The notes beneath the pieces were generated by a model. It was not told the DNA's origin and did no database searches. It saw nothing but the letters and a program-made list of their open reading frames with translations. The position numbers and the translations under genes were made by a program. From the NCBI GenBank assembly GCA_963764165.1, contig CAVXRD010000002.1, forward strand, positions 2,112,001 through 2,176,000: a DNA stretch of 64,000 nt, given 5' to 3'. This stretch comes from an uncultured Verrucomicrobiae bacterium (GTDB lineage Bacteria > Verrucomicrobiota > Verrucomicrobiia > Limisphaerales > Palsa-1400). Position 1 is the first letter of the stretch; each line of letters opens with the position of its first letter. Shown in pieces: positions 39,163-49,223 of the stretch.

Positions 39163-40074
39163 TTATTTTCTCCTGGAGCGGACCATCGCCAGCTCCAGCA
39201 TTTTCTGGCAAAGCTGCGCGTAGGTGTAACCGCCGGCCGCCGCCGCTTCCGGCAAAATGCTGGTTTCGGTCATTCCAGGCAGCGTGTTGACTTCCAAAAC
39301 AAACAGATCGCCATTCGCGCGCACCATCACGTCAACGCGCGAGTAGTCGCGCCCGCCCACCGCGTGAAACGCGCCAAGGGCCGCCTGCTGGATTCGCGCC
39401 GTCAGCGGCGGATCAAATGGCGCGGGGCAAAAATGATCAGCGGCGCCGGGCGTGTATTTGTTTTTGTAATCGAAGAATCCTTGTTTTACCCGCACTTCCG
39501 CCACCGGCAGAGGCTTGTCATCAAGAATTCCAACCGTCGCCTCGCGCCCGATGATTTTTTCCTCCATCAACACTTCGGTGTCGTAACGAAAAGATTCCGC
39601 GAGCGATTTGTCCCAATCGCTGACGTTGTCGACCATTTGCAATCCGACGCTGGAACCCTGGCGTACCGGTTTCAAGACGACCGGCGGGTGCCAGCCGGCT
39701 GGCCATGGCGAGCCGGGTTTGTCGAACACGACGAACCTGGCCGTCGGCACGCCTGCCGCGAGACAGCGTTTCTTGGTGGCAACCTTGTCAAATGCAATGC
39801 GGCTGGCTTCAGGACCGCAGCCCGTGTAAGGCACGCCAAGCTTTTCCAATTCCTCCTGCACCGTGCCGTCTTCGCCGTAGGTTCCGTGGAGCGCGAGAAA
39901 AACGACATCCGTTCCCGCAGGCAACTGCCACGGCGTTTGCGGATCAAGCTCGTGAACGGTGTGGCCGAGGGAGCGAAGCGCCTTCGCGACCGCCGCGCCG
40001 GTGCGCAGCGAAACTTCGCGCTCCGAGGAAGGCCCGCCCAGCATGACAGTGACATTTAATGTTTGAATGCTCAT
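39163..40074 (-). CDS. ddl: D-Ala-D-Ala ligase
   Basis: GGPSSEREVSL, LHGTYGEDG, GSSVG, FDYKNKY, EVNTLPGMT. Confidence 0.97.
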   Translation of the reverse strand: MSIQTLNVTVMLGGPSSEREVSLRTGAAVAKALRSLGHTVHELDPQTPWQLPAGTDVVFLALHGTYGEDGTVQEELEKLGVPYTGCGPEASRIAFDKVATKKRCLAAGVPTARFVVFDKPGSPWPAGWHPPVVLKPVRQGSSVGLQMVDNVSDWDKSLAESFRYDTEVLMEEKIIGREATVGILDDKPLPVAEVRVKQGFFDYKNKYTPGAADHFCPAPFDPPLTARIQQAALGAFHAVGGRDYSRVDVMVRANGDLFVLEVNTLPGMTETSILPEAAAAGGYTYAQLCQKMLELAMVRSRRK

Positions 40075-40985
40075 TCGCCAATAATCTCCACTTCCTCGCG
40101 CAGTTCAACACCGCGCTCCGCTTTGGCGCGCTCCTTGATCAGCGCGATCAATTCCAGCACGTCCGCCGCCGTCGCGGAGCCGTCGTTGACAATAAAATTC
40201 CCATGCACCGTCGAGATCACCGCGCCGCCGCGCCGGGTGCCTTTCAAGCCAAGTTCGTCGATTAATTTTCCAGCCGAAAGCTGGGGCAAGGGATTTCTGA
40301 AGATGCATCCCGCGCTCGGCTCCTTGGGTTGCGACGTCCAGCGCTTTTGGTTGAATTCGCTGGCGCGTCTGGCGATGGCGTCCTTCGTGTCCGGCTTTCC
40401 GCGAAAGGTGGCGGCGAGCGCGATGTTCGTTTTGAAAAGCGGGCATGAGCGATATTCCACCGCGACATCAGCGACGTTGCGTTCGCTGATTTGGCCCGCG
40501 CCATCCATGAGGCGCACTTGCGTCACGCATTCGAAAGTCACGCTTCCCATCGCGCCAGCATTCATGCGGAGCGCGCCTCCGACGCTGCCGGGAATGCCTT
40601 CCAAAAACTCCAATCCGCCGAGGCAGCTCTCGCGGGCCTTTGCGGAGACTGCTTTCAATTTCGCGCCCGCGCCCGCGCGAATTTCACAGCCGCCCACTTC
40701 AACTTGGGAAAAACTCGGATGCGACAAACTGACGACGACCCCGCGAATGCCGTGATCGCGAATCAGCAAATTGGAACCACGCCCAAGCGCCATGAGCGGA
40801 ATTTCATCCGCGTGGCAGCATTGGACGATGGCGGACAATTCCGCTTCGGACGCTGGCTCGGCGTAAATATCCGCGCAGCCGCCGACGCGCAAGGTCGTCC
40901 GCTTTGCAAGCGGCTCGTTTTCGCGAATCACCCCCGTGGGAGCGCAGCTTTTGAGCTTGTCAAAAATGGAGGTGAGGACGGGCAT
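40071..40985 (-). CDS. murB: UDP-N-acetylenolpyruvoylglucosamine reductase (unfused)
   Basis: GRGSNLL, GIPGSVGGALRMNAGA, SAGCIFRNP, HGNFIVN. Confidence 0.97.
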   Translation of the reverse strand: MPVLTSIFDKLKSCAPTGVIRENEPLAKRTTLRVGGCADIYAEPASEAELSAIVQCCHADEIPLMALGRGSNLLIRDHGIRGVVVSLSHPSFSQVEVGGCEIRAGAGAKLKAVSAKARESCLGGLEFLEGIPGSVGGALRMNAGAMGSVTFECVTQVRLMDGAGQISERNVADVAVEYRSCPLFKTNIALAATFRGKPDTKDAIARRASEFNQKRWTSQPKEPSAGCIFRNPLPQLSAGKLIDELGLKGTRRGGAVISTVHGNFIVNDGSATAADVLELIALIKERAKAERGVELREEVEIIGE

Positions 40986-40988
40986 GAG

Positions 40989-42158
40989 TTAATATGTCAG
41001 CACAGGCATTCGCTTCGGCCCGTTCACGGATTGGGACAACACCTCGGATTTATTCCAATGCAACATTCTCTCCGCGATGTGCGCGGCGGCTCCGGGCACG
41101 TGCCATGTCGTCAGCGCCTGCTGCGTCTCCGCGCGGCTCGGCCCGGGCTCAATCAGCGCGATGATTTCCGCCGCCAAGGTTTCCGCCGTGGCCGTCGATT
41201 GGGCGAGCATCCGCGCCGCGCCGCTTTTGACGAAGGCGAGGGCGTTGAAATGCTGGTGGTTGTCGGCGGCGGTGGGATAAGGAATCAAGACGGCCGGCAA
41301 TTGGCGGGCCGCCATTTCCGCCAACGATGACGCGCCAGCGCGGCTGATGGCCACATCGGACGCCGCGAGGGCCAAACCCATGTCATCGAAAAAGGCATGC
41401 ACGAGCGCCGGGGAATTCTGGGCGGCATATGCCTGGCGGACGCGTTCAACATCCCGTTCGCCTGTCAAATGCATGAACTGCAAGCCAGGAATGATTTTGC
41501 GCAAAGACGCGGCGGCAGCGACAGCGAGTTCGTTGACCTTCGTGGCTCCCTGGCTTCCGCCCATCACAAGCAGCAGCGGAGCGTCTGGATTCAACCCCAG
41601 CCCCGCGCGGGCCTCGCTGGCGGCCATTGGCTGCAAAAAGCGGGGCCGCACCGGCATGCCGGACACTTCGACCCGCCGCGCCCGCAAGCGGTTCCCGGCC
41701 TCGGCAAAATAAACAAACGCCCCATCCACCCAAGGGGCCAGCCAGCGATTGGCCCGGCCGGGAATGCTGTTAGATTCGTGCAGAAATGTTTTCGCGCCGA
41801 AGCCTCTGGCCGCGCAAATCGGCGGCGCGCTGACAAATCCACCCATCGCAAGCACAATGTCAGGGCGCTTGTTCTTAAAGAGCTGGCGGGACAACCGATA
41901 TGACTTGAGAAATCCCGCCGCGAACGAAATCAAACCACCCTTGCTGAATCCAACCGCCGGAATGGTCACAATGCTCATTCCTTTGACGTCTGCCACGGCT
42001 TTTTGGTCGACCTCCTTCGGCGAAATCATCAGCGTCACGTTGCAGCCGCGGGCGAGAAGTTCTTCCGCCACGGCGCGTCCGGGGAAAAGATGTCCGCCCG
42101 TCCCGCCGCAGGCGATCATCACGACGGGCGGTTTGCAATTCTTGTTCACGTCAGGCAT
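40989..42158 (-). CDS. murG: Lipid II GlcNAc transferase
   Basis: GGTGGHLFP, HESNSIPGRAN, GGSQGA, SRAGAS, HQHFNA. Confidence 0.97.
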   Translation of the reverse strand: MPDVNKNCKPPVVMIACGGTGGHLFPGRAVAEELLARGCNVTLMISPKEVDQKAVADVKGMSIVTIPAVGFSKGGLISFAAGFLKSYRLSRQLFKNKRPDIVLAMGGFVSAPPICAARGFGAKTFLHESNSIPGRANRWLAPWVDGAFVYFAEAGNRLRARRVEVSGMPVRPRFLQPMAASEARAGLGLNPDAPLLLVMGGSQGATKVNELAVAAAASLRKIIPGLQFMHLTGERDVERVRQAYAAQNSPALVHAFFDDMGLALAASDVAISRAGASSLAEMAARQLPAVLIPYPTAADNHQHFNALAFVKSGAARMLAQSTATAETLAAEIIALIEPGPSRAETQQALTTWHVPGAAAHIAERMLHWNKSEVLSQSVNGPKRMPVLTY

Positions 42159-43368
42159 GTGATGGTCCCAGGTTGGCTTCGAATGGGTTGGAGGATTTCT
42201 GCGGAACTGTTTCCGGCTCCCGGGCATAGCGCGAGATGGAAACAAGCATCCCGACGGAAACAAGCATCAAAACCAAATTCGACCCGCCGAAACTGATAAA
42301 GGGCAGCGGCAATCCTTTGTTGGGCAATATTCCCGTAACCACTCCGATGTTGATGAAAGTTTGAAAGCCGATCATGAACGTGAGGCCGGTGGCAATCAGC
42401 ATCCCGAAGGTATCGCTCGCGCGCAGGGCGATGAGCAGACCGCAAATGATAATCACCGCAAACAAGGCCACTACGATTAACGTGGCAATTAATCCAAGCT
42501 CCTCGCCGATGATGGAAAAAATAAAATCCGTATGGTGCTCGGGCACGAAGCCCAATTTTTGGCGGCCATTCCCCAAGCCCAATCCCCATGGCCCTCCGGA
42601 TCCCAACGCAATCATCGCCTCACGAACCTGATAACCCGCGCCATCTTTGTTTTGCTCTGGATGCAGCCAGGCCATGATGCGGCCCATGCGCATGTGATCG
42701 TGAAAAAGCGAATAGCCGAGAGCCACCGCCGCCAGGGCAGCCGGCGCTGCCAGGAAAGAGATTCTCACGCCGGCCACCACGAGCATCACACAACACACAG
42801 CGGCGAGCAAAATGGTGCAGCCGCGATCCGGTTCCCGGAAGATCAATCCCAGAATCACCGCGATGAAAAGGCAGGGGATGACCAATCCCTTCCAGAATTG
42901 CCCCATGAAGCGCTGGTAGTGATCGGCGTAAGCGGCGAGGAAAATGATCAGCGCCAATTTGGCCAGCTCAGAAGGCTGGAAAAAGACGGCTCCGTGGCCA
43001 ATCCAGCGGCGGGCGCCGCCGGCTCCGTGCCCTATTCCCGGTGCAAAGACCAGCGCGAGCAGAATCGCCGCCACCGCCAGAAGATAGGGCGAAAGCTTTT
43101 TGAGACGCCGGTAATCCCAACACGCGGCGACGAACGCGCAAACGAGACCGACGAGGAACAGCTTGAATTGAGACTTGAGGTAGCGGGTTCCGACCGAGGG
43201 CCGGTCCGCTTCCGGCTTGTGGGCCGCGTTGTTGACAGCGGCGGCAGTTTGTCCTTGGGCCTTCGGTTTCTTTTGGTCGTCATTCATGCTCGAGCTGTAA
43301 AGCATGACCATGCCGAGTCCGATCAAAACCGCCGCGCAGAAAATCAGAATGGAGGCGGCCCATTTCAT
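42151..43368 (-). CDS. ftsW: SEDS peptidoglycan polymerase FtsW
   Basis: GARRWI, FQPSELAK, EPDRG, PEHHTDFIF, PNKGLPLPFISFGGS. Confidence 0.96.
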   Translation of the reverse strand: MKWAASILIFCAAVLIGLGMVMLYSSSMNDDQKKPKAQGQTAAAVNNAAHKPEADRPSVGTRYLKSQFKLFLVGLVCAFVAACWDYRRLKKLSPYLLAVAAILLALVFAPGIGHGAGGARRWIGHGAVFFQPSELAKLALIIFLAAYADHYQRFMGQFWKGLVIPCLFIAVILGLIFREPDRGCTILLAAVCCVMLVVAGVRISFLAAPAALAAVALGYSLFHDHMRMGRIMAWLHPEQNKDGAGYQVREAMIALGSGGPWGLGLGNGRQKLGFVPEHHTDFIFSIIGEELGLIATLIVVALFAVIIICGLLIALRASDTFGMLIATGLTFMIGFQTFINIGVVTGILPNKGLPLPFISFGGSNLVLMLVSVGMLVSISRYAREPETVPQKSSNPFEANLGPSHA

Positions 43369-43377
43369 GGTGGCTTG

Positions 43378-43415
43378 AAAAACAGGACGCCAGGCAGAGG
43401 GTTTGCCTGGCGTCC
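43378..43415 (-). terminator. Intrinsic terminator between the LysM gene and ftsW
   Basis: On the minus strand GGACGCCAGGCA-AACCCTC-TGCCTGGCGTCC-TGTTTTT (12-bp perfect stem). Confidence 0.75.
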
Positions 43416-43431
43416 CGCGAGTGCTGGCGTG

Positions 43432-44295
43432 TTAATTCTTCGCGATCGGGGCCGCAGGCGTCGCCGCCGATGAAACCTTCATCGCCGGCGTGGTGTTTGT
43501 CGGCGCCGCGGGCTCCGTGGTCGAGGTTTTCGCCGCTGGCAGTTTCAACTTCTGGCCAGCGTGGATCGACGTGGTCTTCAATTCGTTCATGGCCATGATC
43601 TTCTTGTAGGAAGTGGCGTGCAGCTTCGCGATCTTCGAGAGCGTGTCCCCGGCTTTCACCACATAGACATCGCCTTCACCGGCAGGTGACATCTCTGCCG
43701 TTTTCATTGCGCCAGCGGTCGAGGCGACGGCAGAGCCAGCGCCAGGGATCTGCACTTTCTGTCCGACATGCAGTTTCTTGGGGTTGACGCCGGGATTGGC
43801 TTCCTCCAATGCCTTCAGCGAAACGCCGTTTTTGTGGGCAATGACGGCCAGCGTGTCGCCTTTGGCGATCACATAATCCTTGCCGCCTTCAACAGGCGCA
43901 ACGACGGGAGTGGTGTCCTTCGGGGCGGGCGGGGGAACCAAGGCCGGCTGGGTCACGATGGTGGACACCGTGGACGTCGTGGGCATCGGTCCGGGTGGCA
44001 AGAGCTGGGTGATGCTCTGCTGCTGGTTGCTCAACGAGGCGCCCGTGACGAGGGGGTTCATGTCGTTGGTCAGCGGCGAGGTCGGCGACGAATTGCTGTT
44101 GCTCAAATCAGCGCCCACAACATTCGGACCACCCTCCGGCTTCGGAGTATTGGACGTATCCTTGCAGCCTTGGAGCAGCATGCCGCCGATGATGACGACA
44201 TGGAGCGACAGGACCATGAGAATTTTGAAGTAGAGACTGTTTTTCGGGCGAGGCGGGATGGCGCCTTGCGGGACGAGCGGGCTGGTATTATTCAT
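43432..44295 (-). CDS. Membrane-anchored/lipoprotein with two LysM domains
   Basis: Hydrophobic segment ending LLQGC; YVIAKGDTLAVIA and YVVKAGDTLSKIA. Confidence 0.92.
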   Translation of the reverse strand: MNNTSPLVPQGAIPPRPKNSLYFKILMVLSLHVVIIGGMLLQGCKDTSNTPKPEGGPNVVGADLSNSNSSPTSPLTNDMNPLVTGASLSNQQQSITQLLPPGPMPTTSTVSTIVTQPALVPPPAPKDTTPVVAPVEGGKDYVIAKGDTLAVIAHKNGVSLKALEEANPGVNPKKLHVGQKVQIPGAGSAVASTAGAMKTAEMSPAGEGDVYVVKAGDTLSKIAKLHATSYKKIMAMNELKTTSIHAGQKLKLPAAKTSTTEPAAPTNTTPAMKVSSAATPAAPIAKN

Positions 44296-44640
44296 ATTGA
44301 CTCAATGCTTTCTTATTTTTTTTGAGGATTGTTTTGTGTTCGGATTTGCGCCGGGGTTCTCCCTCAAAGAACCACGAAGCAAAGTGTCGGAAATTGAAGA
44401 TTGTTGAAAAAAGGCTCATTTTTCACCCAATATTCTCTAATCCATTCATTTTAATTAGCTTATCAAAAATCAGCATCTTGTGGTTTTGCGAACTCCAACC
44501 ACAACGGATTGGGTTGCAAAACCCTGTAAAAAATCGGAGCAAGAAAACACCCGCCTGACAGTCTGTCGGTGTGAACCAACGCTCGAACAAGCTGGTGAAC
44601 TCAGAACTCCGCCGCGGTCTTTTGACCGCCTTGAGTTTTG

Positions 44641-44669
44641 TGTATAGCAAAACAGCAAGTTTTTTGCAA
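44641..44669 (-). promoter_or_regulatory. Internal sigma70-type promoter upstream of the LysM gene
   Basis: TTGCAA-17 bp-TATACA with an extended -10 TG. Confidence 0.65.
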
Positions 44670-44724
44670 GTGGTAAAGTGCCCTTGCGCGCGAATATTTT
44701 CGAAATTTTTATGACCCAAAAGGT

Positions 44725-45879
44725 TCATCTTATTTTCAGCGTGCTAAAGGCCAAAACCGCAAACAAAACGCACAAAATATAAAAGCGGGTCACCACCTGG
44801 GATTCGTGCCAGCCGAGCTTTTCAAAATGGTGGTGGAGCGGGGCCATCCGAAAGGCGCGCCGGCCTTCGCCAAACTTCCAGCGCGTTAGCTTGAACCAGC
44901 TTCGCTGAATGATGACGGAACCCGCCTCGGCCACAAACACACCACCGGCCAGCGCCAGCACCAGTGGCTGGTGAATCAGCACGGCGATCATTCCCAGGAC
45001 GCCGCCGAGCGCCAGCGATCCGGTGTCGCCCATGAAAACCTGGGCCGGATGGCAGTTGAACCACATGAACCCGAGGCTCGCCCCGATCATGGCCGAGCAG
45101 AAAACGGTTAGCTCACCGGCTCCGCTGACATGCGGGATTTGCAGGTAGGCCGCCGTCTTGGCGTTTCCTGAGAGGTAAGTGAGCACGAGAAAGACAAACG
45201 AAACGATCGCCGTGCAGCCGATGGCCAGGCCATCCAAGCCGTCGGTGAGATTGACCGCGTTGGAGCTGCCGACAATCGTGCAAGCTGTCAATAACAGGCC
45301 GACGACCACACCCGCCGTCCCGGTGAGGACAGGATACTTGTAAAAGGGCACCATGATCTGGCTTACCAGCAAGCTGGTGCTAGGCAGCCGCCAGAGGTAA
45401 AAGGCCACGAACACGGCGAGCGCGCCTTGCACCCAGAGCTTGATGAATTCCTCCACGCCGTTGCTGTTTTGCTTCGTGACCTTCGCGTAGTCGTCAATGA
45501 ATCCGAGGCCGCACAGCACGATGACGGTGAGCATGACCAAGCGAATCAGCGTATTCCACTGCGCCCAAAGAACCGTCGTCACATCCAGAACGAGCACGAT
45601 CATCAATCCGCCCATGGTGGGAGTGCCGCGTTTGTCGGTGGCGCGCACTTCCAATTTTCCCAACTCCTTCGCGCGATCCTCGTATTCCTGGCCGTAGCGC
45701 GAGCGGCGCAGCCACGGAATCATGCGCGGCCCCAGCCACCAGCTCAGCATCAGCGCCGTCACCGCCGCACCCGCCGTCCGGAACGTGATGTATCCGAACA
45801 GCCTGAGAAATGACAGCGGCCCCGCCCACGAAGTATTCTTCGCGTGCAGGAGCGCAATCTGGCTGAGGTAATAAAGCAT
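44725..45879 (-). CDS. mraY: Phospho-MurNAc-pentapeptide translocase
   Basis: KRGTPTMGG, GFIDDY, NAVNLTDGLDGL, VFMGDTGS, MAPLHHHFE. Confidence 0.98.
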   Translation of the reverse strand: MLYYLSQIALLHAKNTSWAGPLSFLRLFGYITFRTAGAAVTALMLSWWLGPRMIPWLRRSRYGQEYEDRAKELGKLEVRATDKRGTPTMGGLMIVLVLDVTTVLWAQWNTLIRLVMLTVIVLCGLGFIDDYAKVTKQNSNGVEEFIKLWVQGALAVFVAFYLWRLPSTSLLVSQIMVPFYKYPVLTGTAGVVVGLLLTACTIVGSSNAVNLTDGLDGLAIGCTAIVSFVFLVLTYLSGNAKTAAYLQIPHVSGAGELTVFCSAMIGASLGFMWFNCHPAQVFMGDTGSLALGGVLGMIAVLIHQPLVLALAGGVFVAEAGSVIIQRSWFKLTRWKFGEGRRAFRMAPLHHHFEKLGWHESQVVTRFYILCVLFAVLAFSTLKIR

Positions 45880-45880
45880 G

Positions 45881-47296
45881 TCAGGCAGCCTGATGGGTGG
45901 CGAAACCGCAGCCGCAGGCGCACGCCCGCAATGCGTCAGCGATGCGTTCCAAACGCATCGAGCGCGAGGCTTTCACGAGGACGACGTCGCCGGGGCGGGC
46001 AAATTCTTTGACAGCCTTGGCGGCGTCTTCGACTTCGCCGATTTCCACCACGCTGTTGAAACCGCGGGCGCGGGCGGCGGCGGCGATTTCGCAGCCGTGC
46101 GGCCCCACAGCGAACAATTGATCAAGCCGCGACGAAGCAGCGCGGCGGCCTATTTCAAAATGCGCGGCGCGCGAGCAATCGCCCAATTCGGCCATGTCGC
46201 CCAGCACGGCGACGCGGCGGCCGGTGCAGGGAAATTCGCGCAGTGTCTGCAAGGCGGCCAGCATCGAATCGGCGTTGGCGTTGTAAGAATCGTCGAGCAC
46301 ATGGATGCCGCCGGGATTGGACATTTGCAGGCGCATCTTGGAGGGCGCGCAAACCATCAGGCCACGCCGAATCTCGTCGCCGTTCAATCCCATTTCCGCG
46401 CCCACCGCGAAGGCGAGCAGCGCGTTGGTCACTTGATGGCGACCCAAAAGCTGGATGCGATATTCGCCGGACAATCCCGGGTAGCGGCAATCAATGTCGA
46501 ACGTCGTCCCGGAATCGTCCACGCGGACGTTGGAGGCGACACAATCGTTGCTGCGCTCCAGGCCAACTTGCACCACGCGGGCGCGGGTGCGGCGGGCGAG
46601 GATTTCGCTCCACGGGTTATCGCCGTTCAAAAACAGCACGCCATCGGAAGGCAGGCATTCGGCCATCGCGCCTTCTTCGCGCACCACGCCGACGAGGTCG
46701 TGGAAAAATTCGAGGTGCTCGCGCCCAATATTAGTAATGACGCCGAAACGCGGCTGCATCATTTTCAGCAGCGGAGCCAATTCGCCAGGATGATTGGTGC
46801 CGGCTTCAAGGACAGCGGCGCGGTGCATCGCCTCCATGCGCACCAGTGTCAACGGAACGCCGATGTCGTTGTTGAAACTCGCTTCGCTCCACAACGTCGC
46901 CATGCGCTGTCGCAGGATGGAGGCGGTCAATTCCTTGGTGGTGGTTTTGCCGTTGGAGCCGCCGACGGCGATCACCGGAAGATCAAATCCACTGCGATAG
47001 GCGGCAGCCAGGCGGCCGAGCGCGCGGCGCGTGTTCTGCACCGCGATGACCGGGCAATCGTCGAAGCCGACAGGGATTTTGGCGCGATCGGCGACTACGG
47101 CGGCCGCTCCGCGTTGCGCGACGTCCGACAAAAACGCGTGGCCGTCAAAACGCTCCCCGGCCAGGGCGATGAACAAGTCTCCCTGCTCGACTTGACCGGA
47201 GTTGGTGCAGAGACGTGAAATGGCGCGCGTGGGCGAACCGTTGAGCAGTTCCCCGTCCATGACTTGCGCGATAAACTCGAGTGTGCGTGGTTCCAT
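45881..47296 (-). CDS. murF: UDP-MurNAc-tripeptide:D-Ala-D-Ala ligase
   Basis: GERFDGH, GSNGKTTTKE, SFNNDIGVP, DDSYNAN, LGDMAELG, VKASR. Confidence 0.96.
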   Translation of the reverse strand: MEPRTLEFIAQVMDGELLNGSPTRAISRLCTNSGQVEQGDLFIALAGERFDGHAFLSDVAQRGAAAVVADRAKIPVGFDDCPVIAVQNTRRALGRLAAAYRSGFDLPVIAVGGSNGKTTTKELTASILRQRMATLWSEASFNNDIGVPLTLVRMEAMHRAAVLEAGTNHPGELAPLLKMMQPRFGVITNIGREHLEFFHDLVGVVREEGAMAECLPSDGVLFLNGDNPWSEILARRTRARVVQVGLERSNDCVASNVRVDDSGTTFDIDCRYPGLSGEYRIQLLGRHQVTNALLAFAVGAEMGLNGDEIRRGLMVCAPSKMRLQMSNPGGIHVLDDSYNANADSMLAALQTLREFPCTGRRVAVLGDMAELGDCSRAAHFEIGRRAASSRLDQLFAVGPHGCEIAAAARARGFNSVVEIGEVEDAAKAVKEFARPGDVVLVKASRSMRLERIADALRACACGCGFATHQAA

Positions 47297-47304
47297 AATA
47301 TCTT

Positions 47305-49152
47305 TCAGTGATGCAGTGTTCCCGTCGCAACCGAGAGAATCTGGCCGGGCTGGGCCGATTGTGTCGGTGCGATGTCAGGTTTCAAATTCAGGTAATCCGC
47401 GGCGCGTTCGGCGATGGCGTGAAAAACGGGCCCGGCGGTTTTGCCGCCGTAATGCCCGTCTTTCGCATTGTCCATGACGACCGAGATGCAGATTTCCGGA
47501 TTGTCGGCGGGGAAAAATCCGATGAAGGACGAATAGAATCGTTGGATGTAATGGCCGTGATCGACTTCCTGGGCGGTGCCGGTTTTGCCGGCCACGGTAT
47601 AATGCTCCAAACGGGCGGCCACCGCCGTACCGTCCGCCGTCGGAACCGTCTTGAGCGCCGTCACCATGTCGCGGATGGCGGAGGAACTGGCCACGCGGCG
47701 GATCGGTTGCGGCTTGTAATTCATCACCACTTTGCCGCCCGGCTCCTGCAGCGAACTGACAATCATCGGGCGCATCAGCACGCCGTCGTTGGCGATGGCG
47801 GACATCGCCATCACCGTTTGCAGCGCCGTCACCGCCACGCCCTGGCCCATCGGGATTTGCGCGATGGAAACCTTGGTCCATTTGTTCACCGGATGGACGA
47901 TGCCGCTGACTTCCGCCGGGAGATCGATGCCGGTGCGCTCGCCGAATCCGAAGTTGTGGATGTAACGCCAGAGCGTGTCATTCCCGAGCCGCATCCCAAT
48001 CTTGGCCGCGCCAATGTTCGACGACTTGGTGATGATGTTTTCGACCGAGAGCATGCCGAAGGGCTCGTGATCATGCAGCCGGCGGCCGGCGTAGAGGAAG
48101 ACGCCGTTCTCGCAATTGAACATTTCGCTGAGGGTGGTGAGGTGCTCATTCAATCCAGCGGTCACCGCCACGATCTTGAAAGTCGAGCCCGGTTCGGCCA
48201 CATCCGAAATAATGCGATTGCGCAGGGCGTCCGGCGGGAAGGCGCCGGGATGATTCAAATCGTAATTGGGAATGTTGGCCATCGCCAGAATTTCGCCGGT
48301 GCGGGGGCGAACCATCGTGCAGGAGATGCTATCGGGAGAGTGCTTCGTCATGGCCTCGGCAAGTTCGCTTTCGACGATGCTCTGCAATTCCTGGTCGATG
48401 GTGAGCACCACATTGTAGCCGTCACGCGCGGCGACATCTTCATCGCGAAACGCCACCAATTCGCGCTGGCGCTTGTCTTGCTCCGTCTTGCGCCAGCCAG
48501 CCACGCCCTCCAGCGCCTTGTTATAGGAGTGCTCGATGCCGCTCATTCCAACTTCGTTGGTTTCTGTGGCGGTGAAACCGACAACATGGCAGGCAAGCCG
48601 CTGGTAGGGATAGGTGCGAATCTGATCCTCCTCCGGGAAAATGGCTTTGCGGCGCAGATTGGCGCAGAACAATTGGTCAGACGATTTCAGTTTGGATTCG
48701 TCCACGCCGAAACTCAGCCCGGACATGGCGTCGTGAATTTTCTCCCAGGTGTCCAGCGGCACTTTGCGCTTGAGGACAACGTATTGGACGAGATTGGTTT
48801 TTCCCTTTTCGATTCGATAGCGCGGGCGCAGGCGCTCGGCGAGATACGCCTCATTCGTCTGCAAGAGCGGAGCGAGAACCTGGGCGACGCGGACGTACTG
48901 GTTGCTGATGAGTGTAGGGTCCGCGCAAACCGTTTTCGCGGGTTGGCTCTGGGCCAGCGGCGTGCCGTGGCAATCGAGAATCTGGCCGCGCATCGGCGGG
49001 CGGCGGATCGTGGTGACCGTATTCGACTGGGCCATCGCCAGATAGGTGTCGTGGCGGATGACCTGGAGATCGACCAGGCGCAACGCAAGGGCCGCCAGCA
49101 ACAGGCCGAGGCCGGCTGTCATCCCGTATAATTTTAGGTGTTGCGTTGACAT
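47305..49152 (-). CDS. ftsI: Class B penicillin-binding protein FtsI/PBP3
   Basis: RGQILD, EPGSTFK, SSNIG, GKTGTAQ. Confidence 0.95.
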   Translation of the reverse strand: MSTQHLKLYGMTAGLGLLLAALALRLVDLQVIRHDTYLAMAQSNTVTTIRRPPMRGQILDCHGTPLAQSQPAKTVCADPTLISNQYVRVAQVLAPLLQTNEAYLAERLRPRYRIEKGKTNLVQYVVLKRKVPLDTWEKIHDAMSGLSFGVDESKLKSSDQLFCANLRRKAIFPEEDQIRTYPYQRLACHVVGFTATETNEVGMSGIEHSYNKALEGVAGWRKTEQDKRQRELVAFRDEDVAARDGYNVVLTIDQELQSIVESELAEAMTKHSPDSISCTMVRPRTGEILAMANIPNYDLNHPGAFPPDALRNRIISDVAEPGSTFKIVAVTAGLNEHLTTLSEMFNCENGVFLYAGRRLHDHEPFGMLSVENIITKSSNIGAAKIGMRLGNDTLWRYIHNFGFGERTGIDLPAEVSGIVHPVNKWTKVSIAQIPMGQGVAVTALQTVMAMSAIANDGVLMRPMIVSSLQEPGGKVVMNYKPQPIRRVASSSAIRDMVTALKTVPTADGTAVAARLEHYTVAGKTGTAQEVDHGHYIQRFYSSFIGFFPADNPEICISVVMDNAKDGHYGGKTAGPVFHAIAERAADYLNLKPDIAPTQSAQPGQILSVATGTLHH

Positions 49153-49223
49153 TAAATCCAAACCTCAGCCAGCCGCCCGCGCCGTTCGGTTCCTCCTTCC
49201 GAACAACGCGAGCAGCGGCCAAG

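Noticed and set aside
44297..44724. murD remnant or a known riboswitch (c-di-AMP, c-di-GMP) in the mraY-LysM gap
   Set aside because: No Mur-ligase motifs in the short ORFs and no consensus aptamer recognised by eye; reported only as an unclassified structured leader.
36821..49131. Long plus-strand ORFs (36821-38230, 45878-47218, 47308-49131 and others)
   Set aside because: Antisense shadows of well-supported dcw genes in high-GC DNA, with no recognisable motifs.
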